Source: Candidatus Latescibacterota bacterium
Lineage (GTDB): Bacteria; Latescibacterota; UBA2968; GCA-2709665
Direction of reading: 5' to 3'
Length of the DNA: 64,000 nucleotides
Assembly: GCA_965208835.1 (NCBI GenBank)
Contig: OZ242358.1
Location: forward strand, 4,256,001-4,320,000
The position numbers were made by a program, and so were the translations under genes. Under the pieces are notes generated by a model. That model saw nothing but the letters and a program-made list of their open reading frames with translations, was not told the origin of the DNA and did not search any database. Shown in pieces: positions 9,860-19,775 of the stretch. Every line of letters starts with the position of its first letter. The stretch's first letter is position 1.

Positions 9860-11173
9860 ATGAAACCGGCATTGGTCATCCCGTCTTCAACCGCGGTTTG
9901 GATGGCGGTGTTCCTGTGCAAGGTTCTCTGTGCAGCCGCCCACGCGTCGGATAACCCTCCGGACGCCATATACGGGAAAGCGCGCGCTTCGGTTGTCGTA
10001 CTGGACGTGGAGAGAAGGGACGGTTCCCGAATCCGGGGAATGGGCTTTCTCGCCCTGGACAGCAGAATCGCGGTGACAACCTGGGATCTTGTGGACGACG
10101 CGGTCGGGGTTGTCGCCAGGTTCGAATCCGGCGAGGCGTTCGGGGTTTCGGGCCTGATCGACAAAGACGAGAAACGAAACGTTGCCTTGATCCGGATCAA
10201 GGTTTTCGGAAGGCCGCTGCTGGAACTGGACGCCGGGGACCCGGTCGAGATCAAGCGGACCTTTGTCGTAGAGACGGTCGAGGGGGAGGCATTCAGACTT
10301 GCCGACGGAGAGATGAGTCCCGTCGAAATCGTCGACGGCGTGAGGTCCTATCCCCTGAGCGCCTCCGCTTCTGCCGGCGGCAACGGAGGACCGCTGTTAG
10401 ACGAATCCGGCCGCGTGATCGGCGTTGTGTCGACTCACGCAAGCGAAGGGCGAGTTTCAGTCCGCGCAATCCCTTCGGTATATGCTCTGGGCCTCGATTA
10501 CACGTTGCCCACCCGGCCCTGGCAGAAAGCACAGCGCGGCCCTGAGCGGCTCGAAACAACATCCGAACCCGTCGCCGAGGCGGAACCACCGGACCCGAGC
10601 GCGATCCGGTTTCGCTTCTACCGGGCGGAAGGCCAGCGGTTCAGCGACGTCAACCGCAACCTGTGGACGGAGTCCATTCTCTGGTGGGTGGACAATATTC
10701 GGAAGGAATGCGGCGGGAACCCCGATGTCGGCAGCGCGGAAGACCTGGGCGTGGACGCTGTTGCGATTCCGTCTGAAAAGGCCCGGTTCACAACCCGGAC
10801 GACGGGATGGAAGTCCTGGGTTCTGGGTAAAGACAACCTGAGGGGATACATCGCCAGGACGGAACGCCACCGTGATTTTCATATCGGCGTTTTTCAGGAA
10901 GTCAGGTACAAACCCTCTCCCGAGGAGAAATCGCGTGCGGTTGCGGGTGTGTACGTCCCGCCGAACGTCCTGGCGCTTTACTTTAAGGCCACCCGGATCA
11001 AGGAAGACGAACGCGTACACCTGATCGGCAACCTTTTCGGCCTGGACGGCGACGACGGCGGGGTCATGTCTTCCAGACATCCCCGCGGGCCCGGTTCGCC
11101 TGCCGTCTACGGCAACATGACCGAATGGCCGCCGCACTGGTGCGGCAAAATAGCGGAATATCTGGATCACTGA
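9860..11173 (+). CDS. Secreted protein with a degenerate trypsin-like (S1C) domain and a degenerate zincin-like C-terminal domain
   Basis: Signal peptide; GMGF..., GGNGGPLLDESGRVIGV; C-terminal HLIGNLFGL...VM. Confidence 0.65.
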   Translation: MKPALVIPSSTAVWMAVFLCKVLCAAAHASDNPPDAIYGKARASVVVLDVERRDGSRIRGMGFLALDSRIAVTTWDLVDDAVGVVARFESGEAFGVSGLIDKDEKRNVALIRIKVFGRPLLELDAGDPVEIKRTFVVETVEGEAFRLADGEMSPVEIVDGVRSYPLSASASAGGNGGPLLDESGRVIGVVSTHASEGRVSVRAIPSVYALGLDYTLPTRPWQKAQRGPERLETTSEPVAEAEPPDPSAIRFRFYRAEGQRFSDVNRNLWTESILWWVDNIRKECGGNPDVGSAEDLGVDAVAIPSEKARFTTRTTGWKSWVLGKDNLRGYIARTERHRDFHIGVFQEVRYKPSPEEKSRAVAGVYVPPNVLALYFKATRIKEDERVHLIGNLFGLDGDDGGVMSSRHPRGPGSPAVYGNMTEWPPHWCGKIAEYLDH

Positions 11174-11265
11174 TGCGTCTTCAAAAACAGCGAGATTACC
11201 CGTAATCGCGCTCCGGTGATCCGATCCTGACGCGATGTACACAGGACCGGTCTGAAAGGTATAAA

Positions 11266-11694
11266 ATGGAAACCTTGAAGAACAGCATCAGCCATGAAAC
11301 GGTGGATAACGTCGGCGCGGTTCTGTCTTGCGCATGTGCGGTCCATTGTGTGGCAATGCCGCTACTGGTAACGGTCCTGCCGTTGCTGGGGCTCGGGTTC
11401 CTCACGAGCGAACCTGCGGAACTAATCATCGTCGGAGCCGTTGCGCTCGCAATGGGCAGCGCCGTTTGGGGTGTCAGACACCACAGACACTGGAGAACGT
11501 TTCTCATCATCGTAGTGGCAATCGCGTTTATCGCCATCGGCCACGTTGCAACTGAAGGAATCTTTGAAGTCGTCTTCCATACAACAGCAGGAATCCTGCT
11601 TGCAACGGCGCACCTGCTGAATCGGCATCTATGCAAGACCTGTCCGGCATGCGGAGACGAACACGCGGGCGATTCTCATTCGCTGCGTTTCTGA
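11266..11694 (+). CDS. MerC-domain membrane protein (metal transport-like)
   Basis: DNVGAVLSCACAVHCVAMPLL motif, 4 TM helices, Cys/His-rich tail. Confidence 0.8.
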   Translation: METLKNSISHETVDNVGAVLSCACAVHCVAMPLLVTVLPLLGLGFLTSEPAELIIVGAVALAMGSAVWGVRHHRHWRTFLIIVVAIAFIAIGHVATEGIFEVVFHTTAGILLATAHLLNRHLCKTCPACGDEHAGDSHSLRF

Positions 11695-11891
11695 CGGCCA
11701 CCGTCGCCTGACTGAACTTTTGACGACTAAACGTCCATCCGGGCTACGGCCGGCCCTTGCGGTCGAAATACTGCGTTGCGCGGCCTCGCCTGCAGAGCGA
11801 CTTTATCAACGGACTGTTAGGTCAGGGAATGCCGTTCCGTTCGGCCGCCGTACCGGCTGCTCCCTGGCACATAATCTCCTTTTTGACTGAC

Positions 11892-11926
11892 GAAAAGGCC
11901 CGGCAGAAATCCTGCCGGGCCTTTTC
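11892..11926. terminator. Bidirectional intrinsic terminator between the convergent merC-like and fumC genes
   Basis: 15-bp perfect inverted repeat GAAAAGGCCCGGCAG / CTGCCGGGCCTTTTC. Confidence 0.75.
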
Positions 11927-11983
11927 AGGTCGTTGTGCGGTTATCCGAAAGCGCCGGGTCGGGGGTCGGCGTCCCCGTCAACG

Positions 11984-13378
11984 TCAGCCGCCCGGCCCCG
12001 TCATCTTTTCCGGCCGGACCGCGGCATCGAACGCCTGCCCGTCCATCATTCCGAGCGCCACCGCGGATTCCCGAAGCGTCAGGTTCTCGTCGAACGCTTT
12101 CTTGGCAACCTTTGCCGCATTGTCGTATCCGATGCTGGGATTCAACGCCGTGACGAGCATGAGCGACTGCTCCAGGTGGTTTCGGATATTCTCGCGGTTC
12201 GGTTCAATGCCCACCGCGCAGTGATCGTTGAACGCCGCGCAGGCATCGGCCAGCAATCGCACCGACTGCAGCAGATTGTAAACGATGAGCGGTTTGAACA
12301 CGTTCAGTTCGAAATTCCCTGAGGAACCGCCCACCGCAATCGCCATATCGTTCCCGATGACCTGTGCGGCAACCATCGTCATCGCTTCGCACTGAGTGGG
12401 GTTCACCTTGCCCGGCATTATCGAGCTGCCGGGCTCGTTGGCGGGGAGTGTCAACTCGCTTATACCGCAGCGCGGGCCCGAAGCCAGCCAACGGGTGTCG
12501 TTGGCGATTTTCATCAGCGAACAAGCCAGAGTCTTCAAGGCGCCGCTGGCTTCCACCATCGCATCGTGCGCGGCCAGGGACTCGAACTTATTCTCGGCGG
12601 AAACAAACGGATGCCCGGTCAGCTCAGCAATCCGTGCGGCGGCGCGGTTGGCAAATTCCGGATGCGTATTCAGCCCGGTACCCACCGCCGTGCCGCCAAG
12701 CGCGAGCTCATTGAGATTGGCAAGGCAACGCTCAATCCGCTCCAGGCCCTTCGTCAGCTGCGTCACGTATCCCGAAAACTCCTGGCTGAGCGTCAGGGGA
12801 ACGGCGTCCATCAGATGCGTACGTCCAATCTTGATAATATCCTCGAATTCGTCCGCCTTGCCGGCCAGCGTATCCCGCAGCTTCGTGACCTGGGGGATCA
12901 ACCGCCTGTGGATCTCGCTTACGGCTGCAATGTGCATCGCCGCGGGAAAGGTGTCGTTTGAAGACTGCGCCATATTCACATCGTCGTTCGGATGAATCGG
13001 ATCCTTGCTGCCCATCCGCCCGCCGGCAATCTGAATGGCCCGGTTGGATATGACTTCGTTGGCGTTCATATTCGTCTGTGTACCGCTTCCCGTCTGCCAG
13101 ATCCGGAGCGGAAAGTGGTCGTTCAGCTTACCCTCGATGACTTCATCGGCCGCCTGCACGATGAGGTCCGCCTTTTGCGGCGGGAGCTTTCCCAGTTCAC
13201 GGTTTACAATCGCGGCGGCTTTTTTCAGAATGCCGAACGCTCTGATCAATTCCCCTGGCATGCGTTCTTCGCCAATATCAAAATGAATCAGCGCCCTGGC
13301 CGTCTGGGCGCCGTAGTACCGGTGGTCAGGTACCTGTATCTCTCCCATACTGTCCGTCTCGGTCCTGTGTCCCTCCAT
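11984..13378 (-). CDS. fumC: Class II fumarate hydratase
   Basis: [39 protein letters not shown]. Confidence 0.96.
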   Translation of the reverse strand: MEGHRTETDSMGEIQVPDHRYYGAQTARALIHFDIGEERMPGELIRAFGILKKAAAIVNRELGKLPPQKADLIVQAADEVIEGKLNDHFPLRIWQTGSGTQTNMNANEVISNRAIQIAGGRMGSKDPIHPNDDVNMAQSSNDTFPAAMHIAAVSEIHRRLIPQVTKLRDTLAGKADEFEDIIKIGRTHLMDAVPLTLSQEFSGYVTQLTKGLERIERCLANLNELALGGTAVGTGLNTHPEFANRAAARIAELTGHPFVSAENKFESLAAHDAMVEASGALKTLACSLMKIANDTRWLASGPRCGISELTLPANEPGSSIMPGKVNPTQCEAMTMVAAQVIGNDMAIAVGGSSGNFELNVFKPLIVYNLLQSVRLLADACAAFNDHCAVGIEPNRENIRNHLEQSLMLVTALNPSIGYDNAAKVAKKAFDENLTLRESAVALGMMDGQAFDAAVRPEKMTGPGG

Positions 13379-13454
13379 CTCTCCTTCTCCTGTCGAATGG
13401 CGCGCGGGTGCGGGTCAGCAGCGCCGGCATCGTAACTTCATCAACTGAACGTCA

Positions 13455-13640
13455 GAAGCTGTTTTAAAATTACCGGTGAGTTCCCGAGCGCGAGCGAAAA
13501 AGTGGCGGTCAAGGCGGGAAAACCCGCCTATGAGAGGCGAGCAAGCGCAGCCTTGATCTCGTATGACGGGTGGGTTTGACCAACGCTGAACGGCGCTTTT
13601 GCAGCCGCGCGAAGACCGCTGGGAATTTTAGAACAGCTTC
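13455..13640. mobile_element. 186-bp MITE family A, copy 1 (TSD TCA)
   Basis: TIR GAAGCTGTTTTAAAATT / AATTTTAGAACAGCTTC; TCA on both sides; same-length copy at 19559-19744. Confidence 0.85.
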
Positions 13641-13905
13641 TCAGGTATTGTCTGGCATTTCAAGATACAAAATCAGGACATTCCCGGCAACCACATCCGC
13701 TCCATGCAGGGCGAACAACAAAAAATATAATGGTATATATTATTTTCTTGCTTTTAAAATTACTCGTTCTTATCTTCTATACTTCCCTGCGCACCGTGAC
13801 GGCGAGGAAATCCTCACAGCACCACCACCTCCGCCGGCCTCTCGATCCGAACAAACCTTCAGCGGCAACAAGGCCGGGCAGGAATCATTCGAAGGAGACG
13901 AGCAC

Positions 13906-14823
13906 GTGTTGATTCAGAGCCTGAAAATCTTTTGCGACCTCATCGATACCCAGAGTTTTTCGAAGACGGCGGTCCTGAACGGCGTTACGCAGTCGGCAGT
14001 CAGCCAGCAGATCAAGAGTATTGAACATCGCCAGGGCAGACCGCTGCTGGAGCGCCATAAGCGCAAGATCGGCCTTACCAAGGAGGGAGAGGTATTCTAC
14101 AAGGGCGCCGGCGACATCGTCAAGCGATACGACGAGATGTTACAGCGCGTCGAGGCTCTGGACGGCGTGGTTTCGGGCACCGTTCGACTTTCTTCCATTT
14201 ACAGCGTGGGCATGCGTGAACTCGGACCCTATCTCAAGACCTATCTCAAAGCCTTCCCCAGGGTCAACTTCAGGCTGGATTACAATCACACACCCCGCAT
14301 TTACGACGACGTCGCCAGCGGCGAGATTGACTTCGGCGTCGTCGCTTTCCCCAGACCGCACCGTAACATCAAGATCATCCCCTTCTCAGAAGACAATATG
14401 GTGGTGGCCTGCCCACCCGCGAATCCGCTCGCTGAGCGTGACCACATTGCCGTCAACGACATCAGCGATCATCCGCTTATCCTCTTCTCCCAGGAAACCC
14501 ATACCCGGCATGCGCTGGACCAGTTCTTCCGCAAACATCGCATCCAGCCCGACATTGTGATGGAGTTCGATCATATCGACACCATCAAGGATGCCGTCGA
14601 AGTGGACCTCGGCATTTCCATCCTGCCCGAACACTCGGTCGACCTGGAACACAAGGAAGGCAGCCTGAAGGTGCTGACCATCAAGGGCGACGTGCTCACC
14701 AGGCCCCTGGGTATCCTGCACAAACGGGGACGGAGCCTTTCAATAGCCGCCCGGAAACTCCTCGACGTACTCACGAACGGGAAAGCTCCGGTCGGTGAAT
14801 CGCAGTTGCACGCCGCCGGTTAA
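13906..14823 (+). CDS. LysR family transcriptional regulator, divergent from fumC
   Basis: N-terminal HTH SFSKTAVLNGVTQSAVSQQIKSIE; GAAGGAG SD before GTG. Confidence 0.9.
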   Translation: MLIQSLKIFCDLIDTQSFSKTAVLNGVTQSAVSQQIKSIEHRQGRPLLERHKRKIGLTKEGEVFYKGAGDIVKRYDEMLQRVEALDGVVSGTVRLSSIYSVGMRELGPYLKTYLKAFPRVNFRLDYNHTPRIYDDVASGEIDFGVVAFPRPHRNIKIIPFSEDNMVVACPPANPLAERDHIAVNDISDHPLILFSQETHTRHALDQFFRKHRIQPDIVMEFDHIDTIKDAVEVDLGISILPEHSVDLEHKEGSLKVLTIKGDVLTRPLGILHKRGRSLSIAARKLLDVLTNGKAPVGESQLHAAG

Positions 14824-14846
14824 GTCGAAGCGCCAAACCGCCATTC

Positions 14847-15545
14847 TCAGCGGCCACTGCCGGCGATCATCTCCTGAATCAGGAATCGGAGGAACCGCAC
14901 TCCCGTGCGGAACGATGGCGCCTTCGACTCCCCTCCGACCCGGTTTCCCTCCCACGTAGGAATCTCCTCGATTCGCATCCTCTGTTTCATCGCACGGATC
15001 GTCATCTCGTATTCGATCGTGTAGCCCACCGATCCGGGATCGAGCTTCAGAAATGCCTCCCGTGCAATTCCGCGAAACCCGTTTATCGTATCCGTCACGT
15101 ACGATCCCTGATTCCAGATCCAATTGGCGATCCATGTAAACACTTGATTCGTCCATTTTCTCAACGGCAGAGAATCGTCGTCCTCCTCGTTACGTGAGGC
15201 GGGCAGAAAACGGGACGCGATCGCCATATCGGCACCGCCCTCGACAGCGGCAAAAAGCCTTGGGATATCGTCCGGATCTTCATTCCCGTCGGGGCTGAAG
15301 AAGACCAGGCACGCGCCGCTCGACGCGCGGACCGCCGCGCGAAACGCCTCGCCCCTCCCCGGACGCGGCTGGTCCACAAGCCGGACGTGGTGGGATGCCA
15401 GGACCTCCCGGGTACCGTCCGTAGAGCCGCCGTCGACGGCGAGTACTTCGTCGGCCATAGCGGAAAGGTCGTGTCCGGCTGAAAACAGCCAGCGGACGCC
15501 GTCGACCTCGTTGAGCGTAAGCAGAACAACAGTGCGTCGGGCCAT
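14847..15545 (-). CDS. GT2 family glycosyltransferase (DPM-synthase-like)
   Basis: TLNE, VDGGSTDGT, GRGEA, SPDG, DTINGFR. Confidence 0.85.
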   Translation of the reverse strand: MARRTVVLLTLNEVDGVRWLFSAGHDLSAMADEVLAVDGGSTDGTREVLASHHVRLVDQPRPGRGEAFRAAVRASSGACLVFFSPDGNEDPDDIPRLFAAVEGGADMAIASRFLPASRNEEDDDSLPLRKWTNQVFTWIANWIWNQGSYVTDTINGFRGIAREAFLKLDPGSVGYTIEYEMTIRAMKQRMRIEEIPTWEGNRVGGESKAPSFRTGVRFLRFLIQEMIAGSGR

Positions 15546-15562
15546 ATGGAACCCTGGAATCG

Positions 15563-15752
15563 GTGAGACGGGAGAGGGAAGAGGGTAGAGATTGTCTGCC
15601 TTATCAGGTTTCTTCTCATGCCGGAGGCAAGGAGGGAAAATTGTCGGGCGTGGATTTCTTCTACCGGCTCACTTCTACCGTCTCCCCGCATTTATTCTAC
15701 CGTCTTACGTCTTGCGTCTACCCGATTCTCTCACCTCTACCGTCTTACCGCC
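15563..15752. repeat. Repeat family B, copy 1: ~120-bp element with heptamer-repeat ends
   Basis: 15563-15683 is the reverse complement, with substitutions, of 24131-24250; CTACCGT-like units continue to ~15752. Confidence 0.75.
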
Positions 15753-16963
15753 TTTTGGGTAGGTCCGCCCCTGAAAAAACGATCGAACAACTCGACGATA
15801 CGATCCAGATCGTCTGACGAGAGATCCTGGTGGCAACCGATATAGAAACCGCTTCTGTTGATCCATCCGGCGACGGGATAGTCCGCCTCGCCGATTCCCA
15901 GCAGTCGCTGGTAGAGCGGCTGATTGGTCAATGGAAGCATCTCGCGGGTTTCAACCCGGTTCTGCTCCAGGAAATTCACGAGCGCGTCCTTCTTCCGGTC
16001 CCTCAGGACGATCGGATACATCATGAACGAGTGGTCGCAACCCGGTCGAATACGGGGAAGCTGCAGAAACGCTTCGTGCCCGGACAACTTCCCGGTCAGC
16101 CAGGCGGCATTCGTCCTCCGGCGGGCGATCATCTCAGCCCCCACCTCGAGCTGCGCCAGCCCGAGAGCGGCCTCCATCTCGGTGAGTCGAAAGCTGTACC
16201 CGAGACTCACAAAAGAAAATCGCCGGGCGACGATTCTACGAAGTTCCTCCGGCGATTTCCGGTCGTCGTCATCTATGTTCAGATACGTCGAATCCCGCCC
16301 GTGGTTGATTAGCGATCTCAGCTTTTCAGCGTACTCCGGATTGTCGGTCGTATTCAGCCCGCCGACGCCGGTCGTCAACAGGTGTGCCGCGTACGTGGAA
16401 AAACACCCGATTTCACCGAGACTCCCGACGCTGCGACCCTTGTATCGCGCGAACATGGTCTCGGCCGAATCTTCGATGACCCGAAGACCGTACCGCCGGG
16501 CAAGCTCCAGGACTGGATCCATCTCGCACGGCTGTCCGAAGACATGAACGGGAATGAGCGCCCTGGTACGCGACGTGACCGCAGCCTCGATTTTTTCAGG
16601 ATCGAGCTCGTAGTGGATCGGATCGACGTCCACAAGCACAGGGCGCATTCGCGCGTGGATGACGACATTTGCCGTACCTGCAAAGGTCACCGCGGGCAGG
16701 ATGACTTCGTCTCCGTCGGCCCACCCATGCAATTCCTTCAGCGCCGCCAGGGCGACCAGCAGGGCGCTCGTTCCGCTATTGCTCATCACGCCGAACCGAC
16801 ACCCGTGCGCCTGCGCGAATCCGGCCTCGAACCGGCGCGTCATCGGACCGTAAGACAGCCGGTTGCTGTCCAGGACCTCGTTTACCAGCGCCCTGGCGCG
16901 GGGACTGATGTTCAACGTACCCACGCCGATCACCGGCTGCAGGTCATCACGATCTTCGGACAC
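15737..16963 (-). CDS. DegT-family PLP enzyme, ColD-like (His in place of the catalytic Lys)
   Basis: VIEDSAET, CFSTYAAHLLTTGVGG, GYSFRLTEMEAALG; AGGAGG SD before GTG 16963. Confidence 0.8.
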   Translation of the reverse strand: MSEDRDDLQPVIGVGTLNISPRARALVNEVLDSNRLSYGPMTRRFEAGFAQAHGCRFGVMSNSGTSALLVALAALKELHGWADGDEVILPAVTFAGTANVVIHARMRPVLVDVDPIHYELDPEKIEAAVTSRTRALIPVHVFGQPCEMDPVLELARRYGLRVIEDSAETMFARYKGRSVGSLGEIGCFSTYAAHLLTTGVGGLNTTDNPEYAEKLRSLINHGRDSTYLNIDDDDRKSPEELRRIVARRFSFVSLGYSFRLTEMEAALGLAQLEVGAEMIARRRTNAAWLTGKLSGHEAFLQLPRIRPGCDHSFMMYPIVLRDRKKDALVNFLEQNRVETREMLPLTNQPLYQRLLGIGEADYPVAGWINRSGFYIGCHQDLSSDDLDRIVELFDRFFRGGPTQKAVRR

Positions 16964-17003
16964 TTCGAACCCGCCTCCTGTTTTCAACCTGTTTCCCGAA
17001 GGT

Positions 17004-17948
17004 CTACGGGTTGCGCGAATGCTCCTCGTACCACGTAATCATGCGCCGAAGCCCTTCGTCCAGCGTCGTCGCGGCTTCGAATCCGAAGTGCTGCCTTGCC
17101 CGCGTCACATCCACGCATCGCCTCGGCTGCCCGTTCGGCCTGTTCCGGTCCCAGCGAACCCGGCCGGCGAATCCCGATAGGTCCCTTATTTTCGATGCGA
17201 GGTCGCTGATCGAGATCTCCACTCCCGATCCCAGGTTGATCGGCTCCGGCAGATCATATAATTCAGAAGCGAGCAATATGCCCTCTGCGGCATCCTCGAC
17301 GTACAGAAACTCGCGCGTGGGCGAGCCGTCTCCCCACAGGGTGACATGGTCGTGTCCCTGATTCCGGGCATCCACGAATTTTCGCACCATGGATGCGAGT
17401 CCGTGGGATGTCTCCGGATCCAGGTTATCTCCCGGCCCGTAGAGGTTCGACAGTAGAAGATGAATGGCGTTGAAGCCGAACTCCGCCCGGTAGGCCTGGC
17501 CCTGCACGAGCATCATTTTCTTGGCCAGCCCGTAGGCCGCGTTTGTCTCTTCCGGGTACCCATCCCAAAGGTTCTCTTCCCTGAAGGGTACCGGCGTGGC
17601 CTTCGGATAGGCGCACACCGATCCGATACCCACGAACTTGGGCACGTCGAACCTGCGGGCCTGCTCGAGAAGATGGGCGCCCATCACCAGATTATCGTAA
17701 AAAAAACGGCCCGGATACCGCTGATTGGCGCCAATACCGCCAACGGAACCGGCCAGATGAATCACCAGATCGGGACGCGCTCGCTCGTACAGGCGCCTTA
17801 CGGCTTCCTGATCACGCAGGTCGTGGTCACGGCTGCGCGGCGCGTATATCCGACGGCATCCCCGGTCGCGCAGTTTCCGCACGACAAACCGCCCCAGAAA
17901 CCCGGCGCCGCCGGTAACCGCAACCCTTTTTTCCATCCAGAATCTCAT
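17004..17948 (-). CDS. fcl: GDP-L-fucose synthase / ColC-like epimerase-reductase
   Basis: TGGAGFLG, HLAGSVGGIGAN, GSVCAYPK, TNAAYGLAK, WGDGSPTREFLY. Confidence 0.88.
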   Translation of the reverse strand: MRFWMEKRVAVTGGAGFLGRFVVRKLRDRGCRRIYAPRSRDHDLRDQEAVRRLYERARPDLVIHLAGSVGGIGANQRYPGRFFYDNLVMGAHLLEQARRFDVPKFVGIGSVCAYPKATPVPFREENLWDGYPEETNAAYGLAKKMMLVQGQAYRAEFGFNAIHLLLSNLYGPGDNLDPETSHGLASMVRKFVDARNQGHDHVTLWGDGSPTREFLYVEDAAEGILLASELYDLPEPINLGSGVEISISDLASKIRDLSGFAGRVRWDRNRPNGQPRRCVDVTRARQHFGFEAATTLDEGLRRMITWYEEHSRNP

Positions 17949-18031
17949 TGGCGGGACCTCACTGCCTACCTTGTATTCCGGCACCGAAATCAATCACGGA
18001 ACTCCGGACCGCAAGCCGGTCCACCACGGAC

Positions 18032-18964
18032 TCAGATTTCGCACAATAACCCCTCCGCGGCGGCGTAAGGATCGTTTTCTCCCGCGTGGATCCGGGCGAC
18101 GGCGCGGTCCAGGCATTTCCGCTCCAGCGCGGCATTCAATCTGGATGCAAGCCGACCTTCCACGCGCTCCCGCAATTCACGCCGGATCTGCCGTTCGCGC
18201 AAGACCGCCAATCTGTCTGCAGTCTTCAGGTGGCGCGAGTATGCCTCGAGCGTCTCATAAAGCTCGGCCACGCCCTCCCCGTGTGTTCCGACCGTGCGAA
18301 CGAGCCGCGTTTCCCAGCCATCGACTTCACCGCGCGCGTGAAGGGTCTCTCTCAGCTCTTTCGCCAGACCGGTCGCCCCGGGACGATCGGACTTGTTCAG
18401 CGCAATCACGTCCGCGATTTCCATCACGCCGGCTTTCAGCAACTGGACCTCATCGCCCGACTCGGGCACCAGGGTCAGCACAACGGCATCCACGCAGTGG
18501 GCCACGTCCACGTCGGTCTGTCCGACCCCCGCGGTCTCCACGAGCACCACGTCCTTTCCCATGGCTTCCATCACGCGTATCGCGTCCAGCGCGGCGCTGC
18601 ACAGCCCGCCCGGCCGGCCTTCGTTGCCCATGCTGCGAATGAACACCGCGGGATCGCTCGCGAGCCCCTGCATCCGGATGCGATCGCCCAGCAGGGCGCC
18701 TCCGGAGAACGGGCTGGCGATATCCACGGCCAGAACGCCCACAGCCCTTCCGGCTTCCACAAAGCGCTGCGCGAGACAGCCTGCAAGCGTACTCTTGCCC
18801 GCGCCCGGCGGTCCGGTGATGCCGATCCGGCAGGCGCCGCCCGTTGAAGGGTACAGGGCTGCCAGAAGGGACGCCCTGTCGCTTTCACGTCTCTCTATGA
18901 GCGAAATGGCCCGCGCCGCGGCGCGGACATCGCCCGCGAGCACCCGTCCGGCCAGGTCTCTCAT
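18032..18964 (-). CDS. meaB: Methylmalonyl-CoA mutase-associated GTPase MeaB
   Basis: GITGPPGAGKST, SPFSGGALLGDRIRM, ETAGVGQ, NKSD; ATGA overlap with the upstream gene. Confidence 0.92.
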   Translation of the reverse strand: MRDLAGRVLAGDVRAAARAISLIERRESDRASLLAALYPSTGGACRIGITGPPGAGKSTLAGCLAQRFVEAGRAVGVLAVDIASPFSGGALLGDRIRMQGLASDPAVFIRSMGNEGRPGGLCSAALDAIRVMEAMGKDVVLVETAGVGQTDVDVAHCVDAVVLTLVPESGDEVQLLKAGVMEIADVIALNKSDRPGATGLAKELRETLHARGEVDGWETRLVRTVGTHGEGVAELYETLEAYSRHLKTADRLAVLRERQIRRELRERVEGRLASRLNAALERKCLDRAVARIHAGENDPYAAAEGLLCEI

Positions 18965-19356
18965 TTCACGGCTTCCCGGAGGCATGCGACAATGTCGCCG
19001 GTATGCGTTCCGGGGCCCCAGAAGAACGCAAGCCCTCTGGCCTTGAGCGCTTCCCGGTCCTGTGGCGTCATGATGCCGCCGCCGACCACAAGGATGTTAT
19101 CCGCGCCCCGTGCCTCCAGGAGATCCATCACTTTGGGGAAGATCGTCAGGTGGGCTCCCGAGAGAGAACTGATGCCCAGCACGTCCACGTCCTCCTGGAT
19201 CGCGGCGTTCACCACCTCATCCGGCGTGCGGTGCAGGCCGGTATAGATGACTTCCATCCCCGCATCCCTCAGCGCGCGCGCCACCACCTTGGCGCCGCGG
19301 TCGTGCCCATCCAGACCGACCTTTGCAATCAGAATTCGCAATCTGCGACCGGACAC
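18961..19356 (-). CDS. Cobalamin-binding (small) subunit of a methylmalonyl/acyl-CoA mutase
   Basis: AKVGLDGHDRGAK (DxHxxG), SSLSGAH. Confidence 0.92.
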   Translation of the reverse strand: MSGRRLRILIAKVGLDGHDRGAKVVARALRDAGMEVIYTGLHRTPDEVVNAAIQEDVDVLGISSLSGAHLTIFPKVMDLLEARGADNILVVGGGIMTPQDREALKARGLAFFWGPGTHTGDIVACLREAVK

Positions 19357-19558
19357 CTGTGCCTCCCGAAAAGTACAACGCGGAAACTCAACGCTTCCCT
19401 GCGCCATCCCCATTCGCAATTTGGGCGGCGTATATTCCCGGGCGAAGATTCGATCATCCCCGTTTGCGAATCAACGCCGCAGCCTTTATATTGAACTGAG
19501 ATCTTTACGCACAACGCCGTTGCGGAGCGCATCCAGGAAATTCAGACCAGCCTGATTA

Positions 19559-19744
19559 GAAGCTGTCTTAAAATTCCCGGTGAGTTCCCGAGCGCGAGCG
19601 AAAGAGTGGCGGTCAAGGCGGGAAAATTCGCCTATGAGAGGCGAGCAAGCGCAGCCTCGATCTCGTAAGACGGGCTGATTTGACCAACGCCGACCGGCGC
19701 TTTTGCAGCCGCGCGAAGACCGCTGGATATTTAAAGACAGCTTC
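19559..19744. mobile_element. 186-bp MITE family A, copy 2 (TSD TTA)
   Basis: TIR GAAGCTGTCTTAAAAT / ATTTAAAGACAGCTTC; TTA on both sides. Confidence 0.85.
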
Positions 19745-19775
19745 TTAACCCGATGTAAGGAAGAAAGGCCGAAGT

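Noticed and set aside
11266-11694. Mercury resistance operon
   Set aside because: MerC-domain gene only; no merA, merR or merP.
13570-13905. N-terminal extension of the LysR ORF
   Set aside because: It starts inside the MITE and crosses an AT-rich promoter region; the SD and HTH support a start at 13906.
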